Below, piece after piece: positions 44,639-54,401 of a DNA stretch of 64,000 bases (positions are counted from its first letter, which is position 1; every line of letters begins with the position of its first letter). Source of the stretch: Oscillospiraceae bacterium (GTDB taxonomy: Bacteria > Bacillota > Clostridia > Oscillospirales > CAG-272); the NCBI GenBank assembly GCA_015063895.1, contig SVTG01000005.1:7974-71973 (forward strand). Reading direction: 5' to 3'. Under the pieces are notes generated by a model. The model made no database searches, was not told the DNA's origin, and saw nothing but the letters and a program-made list of their open reading frames with translations. A program made the position numbers and the translations under genes.

Positions 44639-45472
44639 TTATTTCAATGCTTCAACAATAGCCTTGGCGGCCTCGGTCATGGGCAGATTTTCGATCTGCT
44701 CGATCTTACCGGCGTCAACAAGTGCGGCCAGAGCAGGATCGATCGGGAGCTTGGCCAGCAACGGATAACCGAATTCCTTTGCGATCTCCTCAATATGGCT
44801 TTCACCGAACAGGTAGATCTCCTTGCCGCAGTCAGGGCAACGAACAAAGCTCATATTTTCCACGAGGCCGAGTACCGGTACTTCCATCATATTAGCCATA
44901 TTGGCGGCCTTTTTCACGATCATAGACACCAGGTCCTGCGGGCTGCTGACGATCACGACGCCATCGACCTTAAAGGACTGGAAGACCGTCAGGGGCACGT
45001 CACCCGTGCCGGGAGGGCAGTCAACGATCAGATAATCGATATTATCCCAGATGACGTCAGTGTAAAACTGCTTGACGGTGCCTGCGATCACGGGACCGCG
45101 CCAGATCACGGGGCTGGTTTCATCAGGGAGAAGAAGATTTAGGGAGACCACGTCGATACCGCCCGGGGTACGTGCGGGATACAGACCGTTCTCATCGCCC
45201 TCAACCGTACCCGATTTAAGGCCAAAGGCCTTGGGGATCGAGGGACCCGTGATATCGGCATCTAAAATACCGACGCGATAGCCTGCACGGTTCAGCGCCA
45301 CAGCCAACAGTGAGCTGACCATCGACTTACCGACGCCACCCTTGCCGCTGACAACACCGATGATCTTACCTATCTTGCTTTTTTCGTGTAATTTATCCTT
45401 TTGCGGGCCCTTGCGAGAATTGCAATCTGTGCTGCTGCACGAGCCGCAATCGTGCGTACATTCCTGTGCCAT
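44639..45472 (-). CDS. mrp: Mrp/NBP35-family Fe-S cluster carrier ATPase
   Basis: Lies within ORF 44639-45529. ATG 45472 is preceded by GAAAGGA. It has a deviant Walker A (SGKGGVGKS), CPDCG, and an N-terminal Cys cluster (CTHDCGSCSSTDC). Confidence 0.9.
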   Translation of the reverse strand: MAQECTHDCGSCSSTDCNSRKGPQKDKLHEKSKIGKIIGVVSGKGGVGKSMVSSLLAVALNRAGYRVGILDADITGPSIPKAFGLKSGTVEGDENGLYPARTPGGIDVVSLNLLLPDETSPVIWRGPVIAGTVKQFYTDVIWDNIDYLIVDCPPGTGDVPLTVFQSFKVDGVVIVSSPQDLVSMIVKKAANMANMMEVPVLGLVENMSFVRCPDCGKEIYLFGESHIEEIAKEFGYPLLAKLPIDPALAALVDAGKIEQIENLPMTEAAKAIVEALK

Positions 45473-45588
45473 TTTTAAAATCCTTTCCGAAAAAATCTTT
45501 GAGAGTATAATACTTATACTATTATACACCTTTTATGGCAAATTGCAAGTTTTTTTACAAAAATAGTTTGACGAGCGCGGCAAAGGGC

Positions 45589-45617
45589 TTGAAGCAAGCA
45601 AAATTTTATGCTATACT
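45589..45617 (+). promoter_or_regulatory. Sigma-A-type promoter of the ABC exporter pair
   Basis: TTGAAG (45589-45594)-17 nt-TATACT (45612-45617), with TGc upstream of the -10. Confidence 0.5.
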
Positions 45618-45655
45618 TATACTGTGAAATTATGCCTTTCCCGAAAGGAACCGCT

Positions 45656-47392
45656 ATGCGAAAGATCTTATCTTATATCCGCCTTTATAAAAAAGAGGCC
45701 GCTCTGGGGCCGCTTTTTAAAATGCTGGAGGCACTGTTTGAATTATTTATCCCGCTTGTCGTAGCCGATATCATTGACGTCGGCATCAAAAACGGAGATA
45801 CGCGCTATATTCTCACACGCTGCGGCGTGATGGTGCTGCTCGGTGTGATCGGCCTTACCGCCTCAATCACCGCACAGTATTTTTCCGCCAAGGCGGCGGT
45901 CGGCCTTGCCACCGATCTGCGCCGCGATCTGTTTGCCCATATCGGCAGACTCTCCTACGCAAGCACCGATACATTCGGCACCGCTACCCTGCTCTCACGT
46001 GCCACCACCGATATCAATCAGGTACAGCATGCCACCAATATCGTGCTGCGTTTGTTTTTGCGCTCCCCCTTTATCGTATTCGGCGCCATGATCATGGCCT
46101 TTACGGTGTCGCCCTCGGCAGCGCTGACCTTTGTGGTGACCATTCCCCTGCTTGCCATCGTGGTATTCGGCGTGATGCTGATCAGTATCCCGATGTTCCG
46201 CCGTGTACACGCGCATCTTGACCGAGTGCTGGGACATACGCGCGAAAACCTGTCGGGTGCGCGCGTGGTGCGCGCCTTTGTGCGCGAGGAGCAAAGTATT
46301 GCCGATTTCACTAAAACCAATGCGCAGCTGACGCGCATACAGCGCTTCACGGGGCGCTTTTCAGCATTGCTGAACCCCGTCACCTACGTCATCATCAATC
46401 TTTCTATTCTGGTGATCATCTGGCGAGGCGGCATACAGGTGGAGGCAGGAAGCCTGACACAAGGCGGCGTGGTAGCGCTTTACAACTACATGTCGCAAAT
46501 TTTGATTGAGCTGATCAAAATGGCCAACTTTATCATTCTCATCACCAAGGCTGTGGCATCGGGCACGCGCATCAACGCGATCTTTAACACCGAAGCGGGA
46601 CTGAAAAAGAGCGCCGATCACGCATGCGGCGACAAGACGCTGGCGGTAGAATTTAAAAACGTTTCTCTTTCCTATCATGAGGGTGCCGACACGGTGCTCG
46701 AGAATATTTCCTTTTCTTGCCGCCCCGGCGAAACCGTTGGCATTATCGGCGGAACCGGTGCAGGCAAAAGCTCGCTGGTGGCACTGATCCCCCGTTTTTA
46801 CGATGCGACAAGCGGTGCTGTTCTGGTGGGTGGGCGCGACGTACGCGATTTTGAGGACGTGCACAAGCTGCGCGAACGCATCGGCATTGTGCCGCAAAAG
46901 GCAGAGCTCTTTGCCGGCACCGTGCGCGACAATCTGCGCTTTGGCAACGCAGCAGCCACCGATGACGAATGCCGTGAAGCACTGGCTACGGCACAAGCAC
47001 TTGCTTTTGTAGAAGAAAAGGAGGGTGGGCTTGATTTCCTGCTTGAGCAAGGGGCAAGAAACCTTTCGGGCGGACAAAAGCAACGCCTGACCATTGCCCG
47101 TGCGCTGGTAAGGCGCCCCGAGATCTTGATCCTTGATGACAGCGCCTCCGCCCTTGACTATGCGACCGATGCCGCTTTGCGTGCGGCGATCAAGGCACTC
47201 CCCTATCACCCCACCACCTTTATTGTGTCGCAGCGCACCGCATCGATCTCGCACGCCGATCGCATTATCGTGCTTGACGACGGAAGGGCCGTCGGCATCG
47301 GCACACACGAGACTCTGCTTGAGAGCTGTCCTATTTACCGCGAAATTCACGAATCGCAATTCGGCCGCGAGGAGGTGGCGCAGCATGGCTAA
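45656..47392 (+). CDS. ABC exporter, fused permease/ATPase (heterodimeric multidrug-type), subunit 1
   Basis: Lies within ORF 45608-47392. ATG 45656 is preceded by GAAAGGA. A six-TM domain is followed by GGTGAGKSS, LSGGQKQRLTIARAL and ILILDD. Confidence 0.9.
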   Translation: MRKILSYIRLYKKEAALGPLFKMLEALFELFIPLVVADIIDVGIKNGDTRYILTRCGVMVLLGVIGLTASITAQYFSAKAAVGLATDLRRDLFAHIGRLSYASTDTFGTATLLSRATTDINQVQHATNIVLRLFLRSPFIVFGAMIMAFTVSPSAALTFVVTIPLLAIVVFGVMLISIPMFRRVHAHLDRVLGHTRENLSGARVVRAFVREEQSIADFTKTNAQLTRIQRFTGRFSALLNPVTYVIINLSILVIIWRGGIQVEAGSLTQGGVVALYNYMSQILIELIKMANFIILITKAVASGTRINAIFNTEAGLKKSADHACGDKTLAVEFKNVSLSYHEGADTVLENISFSCRPGETVGIIGGTGAGKSSLVALIPRFYDATSGAVLVGGRDVRDFEDVHKLRERIGIVPQKAELFAGTVRDNLRFGNAAATDDECREALATAQALAFVEEKEGGLDFLLEQGARNLSGGQKQRLTIARALVRRPEILILDDSASALDYATDAALRAAIKALPYHPTTFIVSQRTASISHADRIIVLDDGRAVGIGTHETLLESCPIYREIHESQFGREEVAQHG

Positions 47393-49151
47393 AGCAAAGC
47401 AAACCGCCCCTAAGGGCACCTGGCGCCGCGTGCTTTCCTATTTGAAGGGCTATCGCATTTTCTTGGTGCTTTCCCTGCTCCTCGCCCTCGGCACCGTCGG
47501 GCTTACCCTGTGGCTGCCCGTTCTGATCGGCCGGGCCATTGACATGATTATAGCCCCTAACGGTGTTGATTTTGACGGTATTTTCAGTATTTTCAAATTA
47601 GCTGCCGCAGTCATTGCCGCCACGGCCCTTTTGCAATGGCTGATGAACGTATGTAACAACAAAATGACCTTTGGTATCGTGCGCAATATCAGAAACGATG
47701 CCTTCCGTCATCTGCAAAAGGTTCCCTTCTCTTATCTTGATACCAAGAAAACGGGTGATATCGTCAGCCGTGTGATCAGCGACGTCGATCAATTTTCAGA
47801 CGGCCTTTTGCTTGGACTCACACAGCTTTTCACAGGTGTTGCCACCATTATCGGCACGCTTCTGTTTATGCTCTTTATCCATCCCGGCATTACGCTCGTG
47901 GTGGTGCTGATCACCCCCGTCTCGCTCTTTGTGGCTGCCTTTATCGCAAAGAGCACCTACCACATGTTCCAGCGCCAAAGCGAGATCCGCGGGCGCGAAA
48001 TGGCCCTGATGGAGGAGGCGATCAGCCAGCACAAGGTCGTGGACGCCTTTTCGCAGGAAAAACAGATGCTTTCTCGCTTTGATGACCTCAACGAGCAGCT
48101 GCGAGACGCCTCCTTGAAGGCGACCTTCTACTCCTCTATCACCAATCCCGCCACACGCTTTGTCAACGGTCTGGTCTATACGGGTGTAGCACTAACGGGC
48201 GCGCTTGTCGCGATGAGCGGCGGAGCCGCTATCACCATCGGCGAGCTTTCCTGCTTTCTCTCTTATGCCAACCAGTACACCAAGCCCTTTAACGAAATTT
48301 CGGGTGTGGTGACCGAGCTGCAAAACGCACTCGCCTCGGCGGCGCGCATCTTTGAGGTGCTTGACGCACCCGTGGAGATCCCAGACGATCAGAATGCCGC
48401 AGAGCTGACCGCACCGCGCGGCGCGATAGAATTTTCTCACGTGGCCTTTTCCTATACCGACGAGCAAACGCTGATCACCGATATGAACGTGAAGGTTGCC
48501 CCCGGGCAGCACGTGGCGATCGTTGGCCCCACGGGCTGCGGTAAGACCACGGTGATCAATCTGCTGATGCGCTTTTACGACGTCAAAGACGGTGCGATCC
48601 TGCTTGATGGTGTGGACGTGAGACACCTGACACGCAAGAGCCTGCGCGCTTCGATCGGCATGGTGTTACAGGACACGGTACTGTTTTCGGGCACTGTGCG
48701 TGAAAATATTGCCTTTGGCAAGGTCAACGCCAGCGACGAGGAGATCGTCAACGCCGCCAAGGCAGCACACGCGCACAGCTTTATCAAGCGCTTGAAGAAC
48801 GGCTATGACACCGTGATCGGCGAAGGGGGCGGCGCGCTGTCGCAGGGGCAAAAGCAGCTGCTTTGCATCAGCCGCCTGATGCTCTGCCCTCCCCCTATTT
48901 TAATTCTTGACGAGGCGACCTCCTCGATTGACACGCGCACCGAGCAGCGTATTCAAAAGGCCTTTGCCACACTGATGAAGGGGCGCACCAGCTTTGTGGT
49001 GGCGCACCGCCTTTCCACCGTCAGGGAATGTGACCTGATACTCGTGATGAAGGACGGCAACGTCATTGAGCAGGGCACGCACGATACCCTGCTTGCTAAA
49101 AACGGATTTTATAAACAGCTTTACGAAAGTCAGTTTGTCAAGGCAAAATAA
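47385..49151 (+). CDS. ABC exporter, fused permease/ATPase, subunit 2
   Basis: Lies within ORF 47133-49151. ATG 47385 (MAKAKQTAPKG) overlaps the subunit 1 stop by 8 nt. Motifs: GPTGCGKTT, LSQGQKQLL, ILILDEATS. Confidence 0.9.
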   Translation: MAKAKQTAPKGTWRRVLSYLKGYRIFLVLSLLLALGTVGLTLWLPVLIGRAIDMIIAPNGVDFDGIFSIFKLAAAVIAATALLQWLMNVCNNKMTFGIVRNIRNDAFRHLQKVPFSYLDTKKTGDIVSRVISDVDQFSDGLLLGLTQLFTGVATIIGTLLFMLFIHPGITLVVVLITPVSLFVAAFIAKSTYHMFQRQSEIRGREMALMEEAISQHKVVDAFSQEKQMLSRFDDLNEQLRDASLKATFYSSITNPATRFVNGLVYTGVALTGALVAMSGGAAITIGELSCFLSYANQYTKPFNEISGVVTELQNALASAARIFEVLDAPVEIPDDQNAAELTAPRGAIEFSHVAFSYTDEQTLITDMNVKVAPGQHVAIVGPTGCGKTTVINLLMRFYDVKDGAILLDGVDVRHLTRKSLRASIGMVLQDTVLFSGTVRENIAFGKVNASDEEIVNAAKAAHAHSFIKRLKNGYDTVIGEGGGALSQGQKQLLCISRLMLCPPPILILDEATSSIDTRTEQRIQKAFATLMKGRTSFVVAHRLSTVRECDLILVMKDGNVIEQGTHDTLLAKNGFYKQLYESQFVKAK

Positions 49152-49179
49152 CTTTTGCAACCCTTTAAAGGAGGTTTTA

Positions 49180-50493
49180 ATGTTTAAAAGACTGCTTACT
49201 ATTATCCTGCTTGCTTGTGTGCTATGTATAGCTGCTTCATGTCAAAAGAATGACAAAAAGGAAAAAGCAGAGGGTGACTTAATATTCACCTATCATGAGT
49301 CCACAGACAGCTATTTTGTCCAAATAAACCGTGAAATAAGAGCTACAGTTACCAGCATCACCATACCCGGCTCCTATAACGGAAAGCCTGTAACATATAT
49401 CGATGAAGGTGGCTTTTCGTTTTGCCCGCTATTGACCTCGGTCGTCATATCCGAAGGCGTTACAAACATACTGAGTAAGAGCTTTTCAAACTGTCCCGAG
49501 CTCACGACCGTGGTGCTTCCCGAGGGCTTCACCCACATCGGATGGAGCGCATTTTCAAGCTGTCCCAAGCTGGCCAATATCAATCTCCCCACAAGCTTAA
49601 CAAAAATCGATCAAGATGCATTTTGGAACACGCCACTGGTAACGGAGACGGAAAATGGCTTGATATACGTAGATAATTGGCTGATTGGGTGCGAGCAAAA
49701 CATAACAGACATTGTAATACGCCCGGGAACGGTGGGAATGGCCTCACACGCCCTTGAGTGCAAAGCAAGAAGCCTTACGGTCAATGCTGAAATGAAGTAT
49801 ATTGAGGGATATACAATCGGTTATTGCTCAAACCTGTATTCGCTTACCGTAGCCGAGGAAAATCCCCTGTATCACAGCAAGGACGACTGCCTGATTGAAA
49901 CAGCCACAGGACGCTTGGTGCGTGGCTGCAGAAAAAGCAAAATTCCCGATTATATCACGGAAATCGGCATGTATGCCTATTACGGCGTGCAAGCGTTTGA
50001 CAATCCTATCATTCCGCAAAGCGTGACCAAGATATCCTCGTGCGCTTTTACCTCTTGCGGCAATCTGCGCACGCTGACAATTCCCGCCTCGGTCACCGAG
50101 CTTGATTTTGCGGCCTTTACCGGATGTACCGCATTAAAGCAGATCAATTTACCAAGTAGCATTACCACGATCCCCGGAAATTGCTTTTATATGTGCCGGC
50201 AGATCGAAACCATCATACTGCCGGATAGTGTGACGACCATAGAGGAGGAAAGCGCCTTTGGCGAGTGCGATATGTTAAAAAAGCTTGTGATCCCGGCCGC
50301 TGTAACGCATTTACCGTACGACTTATTTTCAGGCATTGAACCCCCTGCCATATTTTATAAGGGCGCAAAAGGCGTGTTGCAAAATTATCCCTGGTCGGTT
50401 TATTATTACTCGGAAACCAAACCCAGCGCCGATCATGCTGCCTATTGGCATTTTGTCGATGGTGAGCCCACCGTTTGGAGCGCAAACGATTGA
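49180..50493 (+). CDS. BspA-type leucine-rich-repeat surface lipoprotein (lower-GC gene)
   Basis: Lies within ORF 49066-50493. ATG 49180 is preceded by AAAGGAGG. Lipobox IAASC. Repeated ~23-aa units occur of the type SAF..C..L..I.(L/I)P.S(V/L)T.I. Confidence 0.85.
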   Translation: MFKRLLTIILLACVLCIAASCQKNDKKEKAEGDLIFTYHESTDSYFVQINREIRATVTSITIPGSYNGKPVTYIDEGGFSFCPLLTSVVISEGVTNILSKSFSNCPELTTVVLPEGFTHIGWSAFSSCPKLANINLPTSLTKIDQDAFWNTPLVTETENGLIYVDNWLIGCEQNITDIVIRPGTVGMASHALECKARSLTVNAEMKYIEGYTIGYCSNLYSLTVAEENPLYHSKDDCLIETATGRLVRGCRKSKIPDYITEIGMYAYYGVQAFDNPIIPQSVTKISSCAFTSCGNLRTLTIPASVTELDFAAFTGCTALKQINLPSSITTIPGNCFYMCRQIETIILPDSVTTIEEESAFGECDMLKKLVIPAAVTHLPYDLFSGIEPPAIFYKGAKGVLQNYPWSVYYYSETKPSADHAAYWHFVDGEPTVWSAND

Positions 50494-50509
50494 TATTCAT
50501 TTTTAAAAA

Positions 50510-50545
50510 CCCAAAGGGGCCGCGCTGTGCGCGGCCCCTTTTCAT
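50510..50545. terminator. Bidirectional intrinsic terminator
   Basis: aaaggggccgcgc-tgt-gcgcggcccctttt between convergent genes. Confidence 0.9.
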
Positions 50546-50549
50546 TCTT

Positions 50550-51281
50550 TTAATCGCAGTTTTCCCAGTTGTGGTAAACGTTCATGACGTCATCGTCGTC
50601 CTCAAGCATTTCAATCAGAAGACCCATGAATTTGATATCGTCAGGGTCGCTGAGCTCGACGGAGGTAGAGGCAATTTTATCCTTCTCTGCCGAAAGAATG
50701 GGGTATTTAGCGGCCTCCAGCACCTCCTTGATGGCATAGAGGTCATCAACGACGGTATAGATCTCAAATACGCCGTCGCCCGCAGCAAAGTCCTCAGCGC
50801 CTGCCTCAAGGGCGGTTTCCATCAGCTTATCCTCGTCAATGTCGCCGTCCTCGTTGTTCACGATGATCACACCCTTATCCTCAAAAAGGAAGGATACGCA
50901 CCCCGAGGTGCCCATGTTACCGTGATATTTGTTGAAGTAGGAGCGCACGTTGCCTGCGGTGCGGTTACGGTTATCGGTGGTCGTCTCCACGATCACGGCA
51001 ACACCGCCGGGGCCATAGCCCTCATAAGTAATCTCCTCATAATCCTCGCCCGTGGCGCCCATTGCCTTTTTGATAATACGCTCGATATTATCATTGGGAA
51101 CGTTATTGGATTTTGCCTTCTGGATCAGGTCGCGCAGCTTGGAGTTTGAGTTAGGATCTCCGCCGCCCGCCTTAACGGCAACGGCGATCTCCTTGCCGAT
51201 CTTGGTAAAGACCTTGGCCTTTTGTGCGTCTGTTTTTTCTTTTTTGTGCTTAATGTTAGCCCATTTGCTATGTCCTGACAT
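50550..51281 (-). CDS. YebC/PmpR-family DNA-binding transcriptional regulator
   Basis: MSGHSKWANIKHKK is the invariant N-terminus of the family. Confidence 0.93.
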   Translation of the reverse strand: MSGHSKWANIKHKKEKTDAQKAKVFTKIGKEIAVAVKAGGGDPNSNSKLRDLIQKAKSNNVPNDNIERIIKKAMGATGEDYEEITYEGYGPGGVAVIVETTTDNRNRTAGNVRSYFNKYHGNMGTSGCVSFLFEDKGVIIVNNEDGDIDEDKLMETALEAGAEDFAAGDGVFEIYTVVDDLYAIKEVLEAAKYPILSAEKDKIASTSVELSDPDDIKFMGLLIEMLEDDDDVMNVYHNWENCD

Positions 51282-51293
51282 ATCTATATCTCC

Positions 51294-53036
51294 TTAAATT
51301 TGTTCCATGGTTTTGAGGCAGACCAGCGGGAATGCGTTTCCAAGCACCACGTTGGTGGCACGTGTGATCGCCACGCGCGTCGCGCGCACAGCAGGATCGT
51401 CGGCACCGATGATCTGACAGTTATGATAAAAACGGTTGAAGGCGGCACACACGTCAAGAATGTAACGCGTGATGACCGAGGGCTCGTATTCGGCAATGGC
51501 GGCCGACACCTTTTCGGGGAAGCGGGCAAGCACCTTTAAGAGCGTTGCCTCGTCGGGGGCGGTAATGGCAAGGTCGCTTTCCTGCACGTCAACCCCTTCG
51601 GCACGGCGCAGCACCGCGCAGGTGCGTGCATAGGTATACTGTACGTAGGGGCCCGTGTTGCCCTCAAAATTGAGGGCATCCTCCATGACGAAATTGATAT
51701 CCTTAATGCGGCTGCCCGACAGGTAATAGAATACGATCGCGCCAACGCCCACGGCCTCGGCGATCTCCTCCTTACCGACAAGGTCGGGATTCTTTTCCGC
51801 CATAATGCGGCTGACCTCGTCAATAGCGGCGCGGAACAGATCCTTTAAAAGCACCACGTTACCCGTACGGGTAGCAAGCTTGGCGCCGTTGATGCTGACC
51901 GTGCCGTAGGGCACGTGCACAAGCTGATCGTGCCAGTCGTAGCCCATCAGCTCCACGACCTTGAACCACTGCGCAAAGTGCAGACTTTGCCCCGCGGAGG
52001 TCACGTAAATGGCCTTATCGAAGTTATACTCGTTTTTACGGTATACAGCGGCGGCAATATCACGCGTGGGGTAGAGCGTTGAGCCGTCGCGCTTCAAAAT
52101 CAGACACGGCGGCATGCCGTAGGGCTGCAGATCCACGATAGAAGCACCGTCATCGATCTTCAAAAGCCCCTTGTCGCGCAGCTTTTGCACCTCGGCGGGC
52201 ATTTTATCGGTATAAAAGCTCTCGCCCTTATAGCTGTCAAACGTGATGCCGAGCTGCTTATAGGTCTTTTCATATTCGGCAAGGCTGATATCGATAAACC
52301 AGCGCCAAAGGGCAAGGTTTTCCTCGTCGCCCTCCTCTAATTTGTGGAACTCGGCACGGGCGGCGTCACCGAGGGCGGGATCGGCAGGGATCCCCTTTTC
52401 CTCGTTACCTGAAATGGCGTTGTTGATCATCACGTAAAGCTCAACGAGCTTATCAATACCGCCCTCCTCAACCATCTCACGGCTGCCCCATTTTTTATAG
52501 GCTACGATCAGCTTGCCGAACTGGGTGCCCCAGTCGCCAAGATAATTGATGCCAACGCACTTGTAGCCTGCAAACTCGTGCAGCTTTTTCAGAGAATGGC
52601 CGATCACCGTGGTGCCGAGATGCCCGATATGGAAGGGCTTTGCCACGTTGGGGGAGGAGTAGTCAAGCACGACGGTCTTGCCCTGCCCCTCGTTCCCTGC
52701 ACCGTAACGCTCGCCTGCGGCAAGGATCCCCGAAAGAACGTTATGGACCAGGTAAGATTTTGAAACGGTAATGTTGAGGTAACCGTTCACGGCCTCGGCA
52801 CGCTCGATCACCTCAAGGCCGTTTAATGCCTCGGAAAGCGTGGCGGCAATCTGCACGGGCGCGCGGCGAAGCGTGCGCGAGAGCTTAAAGCACGGCAGTG
52901 CAAGATCGCCCATTGCCTCATCGGGCGGATATTCAAGCATGGCGACAAGGTCGGCCACGTCGGGGGTAGTGGGGGCGCCGAGCGCGGCGATCCCCTCACA
53001 AAGCTTTGTTGCAATCAGTTGTTTTATCGTCTTCAT
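51294..53036 (-). CDS. argS: Arginine--tRNA ligase
   Basis: 580 aa. Class I HIGH region (PNVAKPFHIGHLGTTVIG) and a C-terminal DALR anticodon-binding domain pattern. Confidence 0.95.
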   Translation of the reverse strand: MKTIKQLIATKLCEGIAALGAPTTPDVADLVAMLEYPPDEAMGDLALPCFKLSRTLRRAPVQIAATLSEALNGLEVIERAEAVNGYLNITVSKSYLVHNVLSGILAAGERYGAGNEGQGKTVVLDYSSPNVAKPFHIGHLGTTVIGHSLKKLHEFAGYKCVGINYLGDWGTQFGKLIVAYKKWGSREMVEEGGIDKLVELYVMINNAISGNEEKGIPADPALGDAARAEFHKLEEGDEENLALWRWFIDISLAEYEKTYKQLGITFDSYKGESFYTDKMPAEVQKLRDKGLLKIDDGASIVDLQPYGMPPCLILKRDGSTLYPTRDIAAAVYRKNEYNFDKAIYVTSAGQSLHFAQWFKVVELMGYDWHDQLVHVPYGTVSINGAKLATRTGNVVLLKDLFRAAIDEVSRIMAEKNPDLVGKEEIAEAVGVGAIVFYYLSGSRIKDINFVMEDALNFEGNTGPYVQYTYARTCAVLRRAEGVDVQESDLAITAPDEATLLKVLARFPEKVSAAIAEYEPSVITRYILDVCAAFNRFYHNCQIIGADDPAVRATRVAITRATNVVLGNAFPLVCLKTMEQI

Positions 53037-53054
53037 CGTCAGTCCTCGTTTGTT

Positions 53055-54401
53055 TTATTCACTCTCGCCTGCTACCGAAAGGTCGTTTATCAGCAGGGCG
53101 GGTGCCGCTCCCATCGAAAAGCCGCACGTGCCCCCCTCAACCTCGGCGCCGACGCGCGCGATATTCTTCATCAGTTCAAAGAAATTACCGGCCACGGTAA
53201 AGGCCTTGACGGGCGTTTCCTTTTTGCCGTCTTTGATCAAAAATCCCGCACACTCGATCGAAAAATCACCCGTGACGGCATCGCACCCTGCGTGCAAGCC
53301 CTTCATCTCGGTGATATACAGGCCGTTTTGCATCGTTGCAAACAGCTCGTCAAGTGTGGCGTCCCCCGCCGCAATATGACGGCAATAGGAGCGGATAGAC
53401 ACAGGCGAAGCATAGGAGGCACGCCCTGCGTTACCCGTGGATACGTTGCCCGTTTTCTTGGCGGTGGTGAGATCGTACAGCAGGGTTTTTAAGACGCCCT
53501 TTTCGATCAACGCCTTTTTATAGGTCGGCACGCCCTCGGCGTCAAACGGCATTTGCATGGTGTTACCCTCATAAAAGGGGTCGTCATAGACCGTCAGCAG
53601 GGGCGAAGCCACAACCGTCCCCTCCTTGCCCTTTAAGAGCGAGAGGCCCTGCATCGCGGCCTTACCGCTGAATATGCTACCGAAGGTGGAAAAGAGCGCA
53701 CGCACCTGCTTTGCCGAGAATACCACGCTGTATTTGCCTGTTTTCACAGGCTTACCGCCAAGGCGCGCCAGCGCGTCCTCAACGGCCTTTTTGGCAATTT
53801 CCTCGGTATTGTCAAGGTTGCCCGTAGTACCCACGCCAAACGAGGGCTCGCCATCGGCGTTGATCACAGCCTCGGCATAAGCATAGCGCATCGCCGCCGT
53901 ATGCGACAGCGAAAGTCCCTTTGCATTTGCCAGCGAGACCGTGACCTCGGTTGCCCCTGCGGCGGTTTCGGTGCCGTCGGCGGCAAGTGGAGTCGCTTGA
54001 TAAATATGCGCTTGTAGGTCGTTTGCCACACGGCGCAACAGTACCGCCTCGGGTAAAGGCTCACGTACCGCACTCACCTGCCCATAGGCGGTTTCTTTTG
54101 TGGGTGCGTAGAAGATCGGCTCCTCATCGGCATCAACCAGCAACGCGTTTGCCATCGCACGCGGCACAAGCGCCGTCAGCTCCTCTTGCTCAATGCACTG
54201 CGTAGAGGCAGCGCCGATCTTACCCTCCAGCGCACAGCGGAAGGTCACGCCCCCCTCGGTACCAAACGAAAAAGCATTCGGCTCACGATTGAGAGCCGTG
54301 GCAGATACGTCGGTGGAAAGCTGATAATACACGTCATATTCGGTAAGACCCGCTTGCTTTGCGGCATCAAATAAGATGCCCTTGATCTGTTCAAAATTCA
54401 T
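53055..54401 (-). CDS. pmbA: TldD/PmbA-family metalloprotease, PmbA-type subunit
   Basis: Lies within ORF 53055-54485. The ATG overlaps the tldD stop (TGATG) and follows GGAGG. It resembles PmbA overall. Confidence 0.85.
   Translation of the reverse strand: MNFEQIKGILFDAAKQAGLTEYDVYYQLSTDVSATALNREPNAFSFGTEGGVTFRCALEGKIGAASTQCIEQEELTALVPRAMANALLVDADEEPIFYAPTKETAYGQVSAVREPLPEAVLLRRVANDLQAHIYQATPLAADGTETAAGATEVTVSLANAKGLSLSHTAAMRYAYAEAVINADGEPSFGVGTTGNLDNTEEIAKKAVEDALARLGGKPVKTGKYSVVFSAKQVRALFSTFGSIFSGKAAMQGLSLLKGKEGTVVASPLLTVYDDPFYEGNTMQMPFDAEGVPTYKKALIEKGVLKTLLYDLTTAKKTGNVSTGNAGRASYASPVSIRSYCRHIAAGDATLDELFATMQNGLYITEMKGLHAGCDAVTGDFSIECAGFLIKDGKKETPVKAFTVAGNFFELMKNIARVGAEVEGGTCGFSMGAAPALLINDLSVAGESE

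Noticed and set aside
44570-45142. The plus-strand 190-aa ORF overlapping mrp.
   Set aside because: It is antisense to a clearly recognisable Mrp/NBP35 gene, starts inside the mrp terminator/promoter region, and has no motifs.
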